Part shown: piece after piece, positions 20,228 to 29,139 of the stretch
Numbering within the stretch: the stretch's first letter is position 1
How the letters are laid out: the number at the start of each line of letters is the position of its first letter
DNA from: Candidatus Methylomirabilota bacterium
GTDB lineage: Bacteria; Methylomirabilota; Methylomirabilia; Rokubacteriales; CSP1-6
Reading direction: 5' to 3'
NCBI GenBank assembly: GCA_036506275.1
Contig: DASXSB010000014.1
Coordinates: forward strand, 2,402 to 66,401
Length of the DNA: 64,000 nt
Position numbers and translations under genes: made by a program
The notes under the pieces: generated by a model
The model's database searches: none
What the model saw: only the letters and a program-made list of their open reading frames with translations
What the model was told of the DNA's origin: nothing

Positions 20228-21046
20228 GTGCTGCGTCCCATCGTCGCGGGGCTGGTGCTGACGATGGCGCTGCTGTCCGCCGCGCGGGGGGCGGCGGAGG
20301 AGGCCGTACGCGTGTACGCGGCGGGAAGCTTGCGGGCGCCGTTCACCGCCATCGCCGAGCGCTTCACCGCTGAGTACGCGATTGCCGTGCGCTTCGAGTT
20401 CGGCGCTTCCGGATTGCTGAAGGAGCGGCTGGAGCGGGGCGAAGCGGCGGACGTGTTCGCGTCGGCCAACATGGAACACCCGCTCGCGCTCGCCCGCCAG
20501 GGCAAGGCCGGCCCCGTCGTGCTCTTCGCTCGCAACGAGCTGTGCGCTCTCGCGCGCGGCGGTCTCTCCATCACGCCCGCGACTCTGCTCGACATCATGC
20601 TCGATCCCGCCATCAAGCTCGGGACGTCGACGCCGAAGGCAGATCCCAGCGGGGACTACGCCTGGGAGGTGTTCCGCAAGGCCGACGCCGTGCGGGCCGG
20701 CAGCCGCGTCCAGCTCGAGCAGAAAGCGCTCACGCTGACCGGCGGTCCCAGCCGCGTCCAACCTCCGGCGGGGACGAGCGTCTACGCGTACGTGATCCAG
20801 CAACGCCAGGCCGATGTCTTTCTCACGTACTGCACGAGCGCGCGCGCCGCTCGGGACGCGGTCCCGGGGGCATCCGTGGTGACGTTGCCGCCGGCGCTCA
20901 GCGTGGGCGCCGACTATGGTTTGACGGCGCTCAACTCCGCGCAGACCGACAAGGCGCTGAAGCTCGTGCTCTTCATTCTCTCCGCGGACGGGCAGGAGAT
21001 CCTCGCGCGCCACGGCTTCGCGGCGCCGACACGACCCGGTCAATGA
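20228..21046 (+). CDS. modA: Molybdate ABC transporter substrate-binding protein (ModA-like)
   Basis: GTG start, signal peptide, AAGSLRAPF..FGASGLL..ADVFASAN motifs. Confidence 0.85.
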   Translation: MLRPIVAGLVLTMALLSAARGAAEEAVRVYAAGSLRAPFTAIAERFTAEYAIAVRFEFGASGLLKERLERGEAADVFASANMEHPLALARQGKAGPVVLFARNELCALARGGLSITPATLLDIMLDPAIKLGTSTPKADPSGDYAWEVFRKADAVRAGSRVQLEQKALTLTGGPSRVQPPAGTSVYAYVIQQRQADVFLTYCTSARAARDAVPGASVVTLPPALSVGADYGLTALNSAQTDKALKLVLFILSADGQEILARHGFAAPTRPGQ

Positions 21047-21074
21047 CGGCGGCCCTGCCGCCGGGGAGGACTCG

Positions 21075-21947
21075 ATGAAGCATTCGACGATTCGTGCGCT
21101 GACGCTCGCGCTGGTCATGGTCTTCAGCGCCCTCGTGATCGCCGGTCCGGACTCCATCGCGGCTCAGGGACAGCGGTCGCCGGTGATCCTGTCCACGACG
21201 ACGAGCACGCAGGATTCGGGATTGCTCGACACGCTCGTCCCCATGTTCGAGCGCCAGAGCGGCTACGCGATCAAGACGATCGCCGTGGGAACGGGCCAGG
21301 CGCTCGCCCTCGCCGCCCGTGGTGAGGCCGACGTGGTGCTCGTTCACGCGCCCGCCCTCGAGAAGAAGTTCGTCGAGGAGGGCAAGATGCGAAACCGTCG
21401 CCTCGTCATGTACAACGACTTCGTCATCATCGGGCCCGAGAACGATCCCGCCCGCATCAAGGGCATGACCTTCGCCGCGCAGGCCATGAAGGCGATCGCG
21501 CAGACGGGCTCGCGCTTCGTCTCGCGCGGCGACAATTCCGGCACCCACATCCTCGAAAAGTCGCTGTGGAAGGCGGCGGGAGTGCAGCCGGCCGCGCCCT
21601 GGTACATCGAATCCGGGCAAGGGATGGGAATGACGCTCGGCGTGGCCGACGATCGCAACGCGTACACGATCACCGACCGCGGCACCTATCTCGCGTTCCA
21701 GAAGCGGCTGCGCTTGCCGATCCTCGTCCAGGGCGACAAGCCTCTGCTGAACGTCTACTCCGTCATGGAGGTGAACCCGGCCAACGGCCCCAAGATCAAC
21801 GTCGAGGGCGGCAAGGCGTTCGCCGACTTCATGCTGGCGCCCGAGACCCAGAGCGTGATCAAGGCGTTCGGCGTCGACAAGTACGGTCAAGCCTTGTTCG
21901 TCCCCATCGCGGGGACGCCAGAGGATAAGGTCGGGGTCAAGCGGTGA
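21075..21947 (+). CDS. tupA: Tungstate/oxyanion-binding periplasmic protein (TupA-like, PBP_like_2)
   Basis: Signal peptide. The TTTSTQDSGLLD motif is characteristic of TupA-type binding proteins. RBS ggggagga. Confidence 0.8.
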   Translation: MKHSTIRALTLALVMVFSALVIAGPDSIAAQGQRSPVILSTTTSTQDSGLLDTLVPMFERQSGYAIKTIAVGTGQALALAARGEADVVLVHAPALEKKFVEEGKMRNRRLVMYNDFVIIGPENDPARIKGMTFAAQAMKAIAQTGSRFVSRGDNSGTHILEKSLWKAAGVQPAAPWYIESGQGMGMTLGVADDRNAYTITDRGTYLAFQKRLRLPILVQGDKPLLNVYSVMEVNPANGPKINVEGGKAFADFMLAPETQSVIKAFGVDKYGQALFVPIAGTPEDKVGVKR

Positions 21948-21971
21948 GCCGGTTCGTCGCCGGCGCGCACG

Positions 21972-23261
21972 TCACGCCTCCGACGACTGCACCTCGCGGA
22001 GCCGGCGCTCGAGGAAGCGGCGCTCGGCCGCGTTGGTGACCAGCTCGATCGCCGCCTCGTAGCTCTTCGCCGCTTCCGCCGGGGATCCCAGGCGGCGGAG
22101 CAGGTCGGCGCGCGCTGAATGCATGAGATGGTAGCGGTCGAGTCCACCGGCGCCGGCCAGCTCGTCGATGATGGTGAGCGCGCGTTCCGGCCCCTCCACC
22201 ATGGCCACCGCCGCCGCCCGGTTCAAGGAGACGATCGGCGACGGCTGAACGCGCTCGAGCACGTCGTAGAGGCGGACGATCTGCTTCCAGTCCGTCTCCT
22301 CCGCCCGCGCCGCCTGACAGTGGAGCGCCGCGATCGCGGCCTGGAGCGCGAACGGCCCGGGGCCGCCGCGCAGCGCTTCCTCGACGAGCGGCAGCGCCTC
22401 CGCGATCTGCGCGTGGTTCCAGCGGTGGCGGTCCTGCTCTTCGAGCAGCACGACGTCGCCCGCCGCATCGAGGCGGGCTTCGCGCCGCGAATCGTGGAGC
22501 AGCATCAGGGCAAGTAAACCCGTCGCCTCCGGCGGAGGCGGTGGCATCAGCGCCCTCACCAGGCGCGCGAGACGGATCGCTTCCAGGCAGAGATCGGCCC
22601 GCACCAGCGCGTCGCCGCGCGTGGGCGCGTAGCCTTCCGTGAAGATCAGATAGATCACGGTCAGCACCGCCTCGAGCCGGTGCGGCATGTCCTTCGTGTC
22701 GGGAACGGTGTACGGAATTCCGGCGTCGCGAATCTTGGCCTTGGCGCGCACCAGTCGCTGCGCCATGGTGGCCGTCGGCACCAGGAACGCGCGCGCGATC
22801 TGGTCGGTCTCGAGGCCGCCGAGGGTGCGGAGCGTGAGGGCCACCTGGCTTTCGCGCGCGAGCGCCGGGTGACAGCAGGTGAAGACCAGGCGAAGACGAT
22901 CGTCGGGGATGTCGCCGGGGTCGAATTCGGAAGCGTCCACGGTGAGGTTGGCGCCGGCGGCGGTGAACGCCTCCAGCTTGTCCGCGAACCGCGTCCGGCG
23001 CCGGATGCGGTCGATTGCCTTGTGGCGGGCGGTCTGGATGATCCACGCTCGCGGCGACGCGGGCACCCCGTCCCCCCGCCATTGATCGACGGCGGCGGCA
23101 AAGGCTTCCTGCGCCGCCTCCTCCGCGATATCGAAGTCCCGGACGAGGCGGATCAGGGTGGCGACGATCCGGCCCCGGTCCGAGCAATAGACGGCATCGA
23201 CGGCGGCGTCGGCATCCGCGGCCATGTCAGTTAGATAATGATCTCCCGGGTGTCGATTCAT
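21972..23261 (-). CDS. ECF42-type sigma factor (sigma-70 regions 2 and 4 plus a long TPR-like C-terminal extension)
   Basis: 429 aa. AEEAAQEAFAAAVDQW..PRAWIIQTARHKAIDRIRR (region 2), a region 4 HTH, then about 200 aa of helical repeats. The alternative start ATG 23225 would free the intergenic promoter. Confidence 0.85.
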   Translation of the reverse strand: MNRHPGDHYLTDMAADADAAVDAVYCSDRGRIVATLIRLVRDFDIAEEAAQEAFAAAVDQWRGDGVPASPRAWIIQTARHKAIDRIRRRTRFADKLEAFTAAGANLTVDASEFDPGDIPDDRLRLVFTCCHPALARESQVALTLRTLGGLETDQIARAFLVPTATMAQRLVRAKAKIRDAGIPYTVPDTKDMPHRLEAVLTVIYLIFTEGYAPTRGDALVRADLCLEAIRLARLVRALMPPPPPEATGLLALMLLHDSRREARLDAAGDVVLLEEQDRHRWNHAQIAEALPLVEEALRGGPGPFALQAAIAALHCQAARAEETDWKQIVRLYDVLERVQPSPIVSLNRAAAVAMVEGPERALTIIDELAGAGGLDRYHLMHSARADLLRRLGSPAEAAKSYEAAIELVTNAAERRFLERRLREVQSSEA

Positions 23262-23277
23262 GCCACCGCCGTTCGAC
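23251..23277 (+). promoter_or_regulatory. Candidate ECF42-type promoter TGTCGA-N17-CGAC upstream of the DGPF gene
   Basis: TGTCGA at 23251-23256 and CGAC at 23274-23277, about 19 nt before GTG 23296. Matches the ECF42 target motif as I recall it from the literature. Confidence 0.45.
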
Positions 23278-23295
23278 TATCGAGTGGAGGCCGCC

Positions 23296-23652
23296 GTGAA
23301 ATACATGCTGCTGATCTGCCGTGACGAGCCCGCCTGGGATGCCCTCCCGGCGAAGGAGCGACAGCAAGTCTACGCAGAGATGGTAAAGATTTCCGAGGAG
23401 CTCACGAGGCGCGGAGTGTACCTCGGTGGTAATCCCTTGCATTCCTCGGCGACGGCCACCGCTGTCCGCATCCGCGACGGCAAGCAACTGGTGACGGACG
23501 GGCCGTTCGCGGAGTCCCGCGAGCAGCTCGGCGGTTACATGCTGATCGATGTCAAGGATCTCGACGAGGCCATCGCCATCGCCGCCCGTATCCCATTGGC
23601 CCGGACCAGCACCGTCGAGGTGCGACCGGTGCGCGAGGGACCACCGACGTAG
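23296..23652 (+). CDS. YCII-related / DGPF-domain protein
   Basis: GTG start at 23296 (RBS ggagg 6 nt upstream). KYMLLICRDE ... LVTDGPFAESREQLGGYMLIDV. Confidence 0.85.
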   Translation: MKYMLLICRDEPAWDALPAKERQQVYAEMVKISEELTRRGVYLGGNPLHSSATATAVRIRDGKQLVTDGPFAESREQLGGYMLIDVKDLDEAIAIAARIPLARTSTVEVRPVREGPPT

Positions 23653-23703
23653 TCCGCGCTGCCCGCGCCGCACGACGATGCCGATCGTGGGAGGACATCG
23701 ATC

Positions 23704-24108
23704 ATGAACGCTGTGCTGTGGATCATTCAGGGGTTGCTGGCGGCTCTCTTCCTGTTCGCGGGCGTCATGAAGCTCGTGATGCCGATCGAGGCGATGACCG
23801 CCGACATCAAGCTGCCGGGACTCTTTCTCCGGTTCATCGGCGTGGCGGAGACGCTCGGCGCCGTCGGGCTGATCCTTCCTGGCCTCCTGCGCATCAGGAC
23901 CGGCCTCACGCCGCTCGCGGCCGTCGGGCTCGCCATCATCACCGCCGGCGCGACCGTGCTCTCGATCACCATGATGGGCCTGCTCGTCGCCATCCCCCCG
24001 CTGGTGGCGTGCGTCCTCTGCACGTTCGTCGCCTACGGCCGCTGGCGGCTGGCTCCGCTCCCGCGGACGTCGCGCCGCTCCACGCTGCCGTCGCGGTCGC
24101 AGGCATGA
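23704..24108 (+). CDS. DoxX-like family membrane protein
   Basis: 134 aa, four predicted TM helices. N-terminal LWIIQGLLAALFLFAGVMKL is typical of DoxX-like proteins. Confidence 0.75.
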   Translation: MNAVLWIIQGLLAALFLFAGVMKLVMPIEAMTADIKLPGLFLRFIGVAETLGAVGLILPGLLRIRTGLTPLAAVGLAIITAGATVLSITMMGLLVAIPPLVACVLCTFVAYGRWRLAPLPRTSRRSTLPSRSQA

Positions 24109-25316
24109 GCGCCGCATCACTGTCGCGCGCGCGACTCGGCCGCATGCACGACGTCATGGCGGCATACGTCGAGCGCGGCGAGGTGCCCGGCATCGTGGCG
24201 CTCGTGAGCCGGCGCGGCGACGTCCACGTGGACGCGATCGGCGCCATCACGGTCGGCGGCGGTGCCCCGATGCGGCGCGACACCATCTTCCGTATCGCCT
24301 CCCTGACGAAGCCGATCGCGGCGGCGGCGGCCATGATCCTGGTCGAGGAGTGCAAGCTGCGGCTCGACGAGCCGGTGGATCGCCTTCTGCCCGAGCTCGC
24401 GGGCCGAGCCGTCTTGAAACGGCTCGAAGGGCCGCTCGACGACACCGTCCCCGCGCAGCGGTCGATCACCGTGCGCGACGTGCTCACGTTTCGCATGGGC
24501 TACGGCATCGTGATGGCGCCGCCCGACACATATCCGATCCAGCAAGCCATGAGCGAGGAGCGCCTCGGGCAGGGACCACCGCGGCCGCAGACGCCGCCGC
24601 CGCCCGACGAGTGGATCCGCCGCCTCGGAACGCTTCCGCTGATGCATCAGCCGGGCGAGAAGTGGATGTACCACACGGCGTCGGACGTGCTGGGCGTGCT
24701 GATCGCGCGCGCGGCGGGCCGGCCACTGGAGGTGTTCCTCCGGGAGCGCATCTTCGATCCCCTGGGGATGAAGGACACGGGGTTCAGCGTGCCGCCCTCG
24801 GCCATCGACCGTCTGGCGACCAGCTACGAGGTCGATCAGCGAACGGGCGCCCTCGTGGTCTACGACCAGGGGAAGGGCGGGGAGTGGAGTCGCCCGCCCG
24901 CGTTTCCGTCGGCGGGCGGCGGGCTCGTCTCCACCATCGACGACTACTTCGCCTTCGGCCGCATGATGCTGAACAAGGGCAAGCAGGGGAGCGAGCGAAT
25001 TCTCTCGCGGGCCTCCATCGAGACCATGATCAGCGATCACCTCACACCGGAGCAGAAGGCGGCGTCGGGACTCGTGGAGGGCTACTTCGATGACCACGGG
25101 TGGGGATTCGGTGTCGGTGTGGTCACACGGCGCCACGACGTGGCGGGATCGGTGGGAACGTTCGGCTGGGACGGCGGTCTCGGTACGTCGTGGCGCTCCG
25201 ACCCGCGAGAGGAGTTGGTCGGAATTCTCATGACCCAGCGCGCGTGGACGTCTCCCAATCCGCCGGACGTTTGCCGCGATTTCTGGACGTTGGCCTACCA
25301 GGCGATCGACGACTAG
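24105..25316 (+). CDS. Serine hydrolase (beta-lactamase/transpeptidase-like, class C esterase family)
   Basis: Start ATG 24105 overlaps the DoxX stop (ATGA). The S-x-x-K motif is FRIASLTKP. 403 aa. Confidence 0.88.
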   Translation: MSAASLSRARLGRMHDVMAAYVERGEVPGIVALVSRRGDVHVDAIGAITVGGGAPMRRDTIFRIASLTKPIAAAAAMILVEECKLRLDEPVDRLLPELAGRAVLKRLEGPLDDTVPAQRSITVRDVLTFRMGYGIVMAPPDTYPIQQAMSEERLGQGPPRPQTPPPPDEWIRRLGTLPLMHQPGEKWMYHTASDVLGVLIARAAGRPLEVFLRERIFDPLGMKDTGFSVPPSAIDRLATSYEVDQRTGALVVYDQGKGGEWSRPPAFPSAGGGLVSTIDDYFAFGRMMLNKGKQGSERILSRASIETMISDHLTPEQKAASGLVEGYFDDHGWGFGVGVVTRRHDVAGSVGTFGWDGGLGTSWRSDPREELVGILMTQRAWTSPNPPDVCRDFWTLAYQAIDD

Positions 25317-25440
25317 ATCGCGGCATCGAGCGGGCGTTCGTCGCGACGACACTGCGAACGGCGGAGGAGCCGCCGACTCGCGCGTACAATGACGTCGATC
25401 TCGCGCCCGAGGAGCGGCACGTGGCAGGAAGGAGCGGAGC

Positions 25441-26556
25441 ATGAGCGGAGTTCGGGTTCTCGTCGGCACACGGAAGGGCGCCTTCATCCTCACCGCGGAC
25501 GGCGCACGGAAACACTGGGAGGTGAGCGGCCCCCACTTCGGAGGGTGGGAGATCTATCACGTCAAGGGATCGCCCGTGGACCACGATCGGTTGTATGCGT
25601 CCCAATCGAGTAGCTGGTTCGGGCAGGTGATCCAGCGCTCGCGCGACGGCGGCCGGACGTGGGAAACGGCGGGAAACAAGTTCGTGTACGAGGGCGCCGT
25701 GGGCACGCACCTCTGGTACGACGGAACGCCGCGTACGTGGGAGTTCGCGCGCGTCTGGCATCTCGAGCCCTCGCTGACCGACCCGGATACGGTCTACGCC
25801 GGCATCCAGGACGCGGCGTTGTTCCGCACGACCGACGGTGGCCAGACGTGGGAGGAGCTGACGGGGCTGCGCATGCACAAGTCGGCGCCGGTGTGGCAGC
25901 CGGGGGCGGGCGGCATGTGCCTGCACACGATCGTGCTCGACGCCGCCCATCCCGACCGGATCTTCGTCGCCATCTCGGCGGCGGGCGTGTTCCGGAGCGA
26001 CGACGCCGGCAAGACGTGGCGGCCGATGAACCAGGGGCTGCGGTCGGAGCAGATCCCCGATCCCACGGCGGAGGTGGGCCACTGCGTTCATCGCATTGCG
26101 ATGCATCCCTCGCGCCCGCGCGTGCTCTTCATGCAGAAGCACTGGGACGTCATGCGCAGTGACGACGCCGGCGAATCGTGGCGGGAGGTCAGCGGAAACC
26201 TGCCCACCGACTTCGGATTCCCGATCGACGTGCACGCCCACGAGCCCGAGACCATCTACGTCGTTCCGATCAAGAGCGACTCCGAGCACTATCTGCCGGA
26301 GGGAAAGCTGCGCGTCTACCGGAGTCGAACGGGCGGCAACGAATGGGAGGCGCTCACGAAGGGGCTGCCGCAGAGCCACTGCTACGTCAACGTGCTGCGC
26401 GACGCCATGACCCTCGATGCCCTCGACCCCTGCGGCGTGTACTTCGGCACCACCGGCGGCCAGGTGTACGCGTCGGCCGACGCCGGAGATAGCTGGACCC
26501 CCATCGTCCGCGATCTGCCGTCGGTGGTCTCGGTCGAGGTCCAGACGCTGCCGTGA
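25441..26556 (+). CDS. BNR/Asp-box repeat beta-propeller protein (annotated elsewhere as exo-alpha-sialidase / WD40-YVTN-BNR-like)
   Basis: Repeated S-x-D-x-G-x-T-W Asp-boxes: [45 protein letters not shown]. Confidence 0.8.
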   Translation: MSGVRVLVGTRKGAFILTADGARKHWEVSGPHFGGWEIYHVKGSPVDHDRLYASQSSSWFGQVIQRSRDGGRTWETAGNKFVYEGAVGTHLWYDGTPRTWEFARVWHLEPSLTDPDTVYAGIQDAALFRTTDGGQTWEELTGLRMHKSAPVWQPGAGGMCLHTIVLDAAHPDRIFVAISAAGVFRSDDAGKTWRPMNQGLRSEQIPDPTAEVGHCVHRIAMHPSRPRVLFMQKHWDVMRSDDAGESWREVSGNLPTDFGFPIDVHAHEPETIYVVPIKSDSEHYLPEGKLRVYRSRTGGNEWEALTKGLPQSHCYVNVLRDAMTLDALDPCGVYFGTTGGQVYASADAGDSWTPIVRDLPSVVSVEVQTLP

Positions 26557-26852
26557 TCGTCCGTGTCGTGCTCCCCGCCCATCTCCGGACGCTGGCGCGC
26601 ATCGACGGCGAGGTGAAGCTCGACGTCGGGGCCGACGCCACGCAACGGTCGGTGCTCGACGCGCTCGAAGCCGCCTATCCGATGCTGCGCGGGACCATCC
26701 GCGACCATGTCACGTGCGAGCGCCGAGCCTTCTTGCGATTCTTCGCGTGCGAGCAGGATGTCTCGCACGAATCGCCGGATGCGCCCCTCCCCGACGCGGT
26801 CGCGCGAGGGGTGGAGCCGCTGCTGATCGTGGGAGCCATGGCGGGGGGCTAG
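26553..26852 (+). CDS. MoaD/ThiS-family ubiquitin-like protein ending in Gly-Gly
   Basis: GTG start overlaps the upstream stop (GTGA). 99 aa; the C-terminus is ..GAMAGG followed directly by the stop. Confidence 0.75.
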   Translation: MIVRVVLPAHLRTLARIDGEVKLDVGADATQRSVLDALEAAYPMLRGTIRDHVTCERRAFLRFFACEQDVSHESPDAPLPDAVARGVEPLLIVGAMAGG

Positions 26853-26900
26853 CGTCGGTGCCGAGGGGGGCGCACGTGGCGGGGGCTGGCGTCGCGCTCT

Positions 26901-27554
26901 ATGATCGTTGCTGCCGTGAATGCGCGCACGAATGCCGAATGGCTGCGGGCTCTCAAGAGCGGTGGCGAGGACCAGGCCGTGGCGCTCGCGGACCTGCGCG
27001 CCTACCTCCTGCGCGCGGCCACGTTCGCGCTGGAGCGGCGCGGAGGAGTGGCGGCTCCGCACCTCTCGCAGCTCGCGGAGGACTGCGCCCAGGAGGCGGT
27101 CGTCGCCGTCCTCGCTCATCTCGACGACTTCCGTGGCGAGAGTCGCTTCACGACGTGGGCGTACGTCTTCGCGATCAACCGCGCCCTCATGGCCGCCCGT
27201 CGCGAGCGCTGGCAGAACGTGTCCCTCGACGCGTTGCTGGCGACCTCGCCCACGACCTCGGATCGCGCCGCCGCCGAGACGCCCGCCGAGAATCCCGAGC
27301 GGCGGATGCTGCAGCACGAGCTCGAGGTCACCCTCTGGAAGGGGATGGACGAGTGCCTGAGCGACCGACAACGCCAGGCCATTCGGGCGGTCGTGCTGGA
27401 AGCGGTGCCGCTCGACGAGGTCGTGCGGCACTGGCAATCGAACCGGAATGCCGTCTACAAGCTCCTGCACGACGCCCGGCGCAAGCTACGCGCCTATCTC
27501 GAGGCTCACGGCTATTCCGCGGCCGAGGTGCGAGCGGTGCTCGATGATCGCTAG
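26901..27554 (+). CDS. ECF-type RNA polymerase sigma factor
   Basis: Region 2 (DCAQEAVVAVLAHLDDFRGESRFTTWAYVFAINRAL) and region 4 (LSDRQRQAIRAVVLEAVPLDEVV). The exact start is uncertain (ATG 26901 or GTG 26916). Confidence 0.88.
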   Translation: MIVAAVNARTNAEWLRALKSGGEDQAVALADLRAYLLRAATFALERRGGVAAPHLSQLAEDCAQEAVVAVLAHLDDFRGESRFTTWAYVFAINRALMAARRERWQNVSLDALLATSPTTSDRAAAETPAENPERRMLQHELEVTLWKGMDECLSDRQRQAIRAVVLEAVPLDEVVRHWQSNRNAVYKLLHDARRKLRAYLEAHGYSAAEVRAVLDDR

Positions 27555-27572
27555 GCGGGTAAGATCGGCGGC

Positions 27573-27860
27573 GTGCCCGCATCCAATGGGAGAGGTGAAC
27601 TGTCGGTGAATGCGTCCGGTCCTCTCCATCACCTGCTCCGGCTCATCGCCGGCACCGCCGAGAGCGAGATCTCGTGCTCGGAGTGCTTCCGGCTTCTGCC
27701 GCAGTACGCGGAGCTCGAGCTTGCCGATCCGTCCGCCGTCGTCGCGCCGTCCCCGCTGAGCCAGCATCTCCAGCAGTGCGGCGTCTGCCGCGAGGAATAC
27801 GAGGTCCTGCGCGACCTCCTCCGCGCCGACGCCGGCCCGCCGCCTTCCGAGCCCACGTAA
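27573..27860 (+). CDS. Soluble zinc-binding anti-sigma factor (zf-HC2 / ZAS family, RsrA-like)
   Basis: CSEC .. HLQQCGVC gives the H-x3-C-x2-C ZAS motif. No TM segment. Immediately downstream of the ECF sigma. The start may be GTG 27573 or GTG 27606. Confidence 0.75.
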   Translation: MPASNGRGELSVNASGPLHHLLRLIAGTAESEISCSECFRLLPQYAELELADPSAVVAPSPLSQHLQQCGVCREEYEVLRDLLRADAGPPPSEPT

Positions 27861-27954
27861 GAATCTCCGCCCTCGCCGCATCGTAGACGGTGACAGCGCC
27901 CGCAGGGCGCCCGGCGCCGCTCAGGGCACCGGAACGTCTCCATGGAGGTATGCG

Positions 27955-28371
27955 ATGCGCAAAGGAATCGTAGCGGCGAGCATCACGTTGGCGGCTCTCG
28001 TCGCCGCCGGGTCGGCGGTGACGGCACAGCAGATGGCGCCGCCCGGAGGCGACTACAAGAAGGTCAGCACCCTCGTGTCGCTCCCGGACTTCGTCCCCGG
28101 CCTCGGCACGCTCTACGTCGATCCCAAGACGCTTCCCGCCGGTCCTTTCCTTGCCTATGACCGGAGCGGAAAGCTCGTCAGCTCCGTCTACATGATCCCC
28201 GTCAAGGACCTCACGGCGCACAAGGCCTTCAACGACCTCACCGCCGCCCACGAGAAGGTCGACCACGTGGATCTCTACTACAACGCGGGTCATCCGGGCG
28301 TGACGGAGCCGCACTATCACGTCGTCGTCTGGTATGTCTCGCCGCAGCAGGCCGCCGCGCTCAAGCAGTAG
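27955..28371 (+). CDS. Secreted hypothetical protein (signal peptide; His-rich C-terminal motif GHPGVTEPHYHVVVW)
   Basis: RBS ggagg. Sec-type signal peptide ..GSAVTAQQ. Its stop directly abuts the next ATG. Confidence 0.65.
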   Translation: MRKGIVAASITLAALVAAGSAVTAQQMAPPGGDYKKVSTLVSLPDFVPGLGTLYVDPKTLPAGPFLAYDRSGKLVSSVYMIPVKDLTAHKAFNDLTAAHEKVDHVDLYYNAGHPGVTEPHYHVVVWYVSPQQAAALKQ

Positions 28372-28920
28372 ATGGTCACACGGCGAGCCTTCCTCACGGG
28401 CAGCGCGGTCGCGTTCCTGGGCGCGGCCGCGCCGCGCCCGCTGCGGGCGGCGCCGCCCCTCGAGATCCGGATGCGCGCGACCGAGCGTGGCGAGCAGGTC
28501 TGGTTCGATCCCATCGGTGTGCTCGTCACCCCCGGACAGACGATCCGATGGGTGGTGGAGCGCGACGTCCACACCACGACCGCCTATCACCCCGCGAACG
28601 ATCATCACTCCCGGCGAATCCCGGAAGCGGCGGCGCCGTGGGACTCCGGATTCCTGGTGCAGAAGGGCGCGCATTTCGACGTGACGCTCACGGTGGACGG
28701 CGTCTACGACTACTACTGCCTCCCCCACGAGGAAGCGGGCATGGTGGGCCGGATCATCGTCGGCAAGCCGGGCGGCCCCGGCGCGTGGCCTTTCGACTAC
28801 TGGAAGGGCGCCGCCTTCGCCTCCGGCTGGAAGCCGGTACCGATGGCCGCGCAGCAAGCCCTTCCCGCCATCGAGACGATCATGAAGCGCAAGGTGGTCC
28901 GGCGCGCGCCGCCCGCCTAG
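28372..28920 (+). CDS. Tat-exported type-1 copper (plastocyanin/pseudoazurin-like cupredoxin) protein
   Basis: Twin-arginine signal MVTRRAFLTG. Copper ligands His (VHTTT) and YYCLPHEEAGMVG (C-x2-H-x4-M). Confidence 0.88.
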   Translation: MVTRRAFLTGSAVAFLGAAAPRPLRAAPPLEIRMRATERGEQVWFDPIGVLVTPGQTIRWVVERDVHTTTAYHPANDHHSRRIPEAAAPWDSGFLVQKGAHFDVTLTVDGVYDYYCLPHEEAGMVGRIIVGKPGGPGAWPFDYWKGAAFASGWKPVPMAAQQALPAIETIMKRKVVRRAPPA

Positions 28921-29139
28921 CCGAGCCTCCGGCGCGGATCCGCGATCTCGTCGTGCAAGACACCAAGATGAAAAAACCGAGGATGAAACTTGTCGGTTCC
29001 CGAAAAAACCTGGGGCCGATGCTGCTGGCTGAGAAATCAGCTATTGGTTTGCGGGCGCAGAAATTGCTCCGCCGTCAGTCGTCCCATCCGCACATGGTGG
29101 TTCCGCGCGTCCTGACCGGCCTGGCAGATGGAGGAAGCG

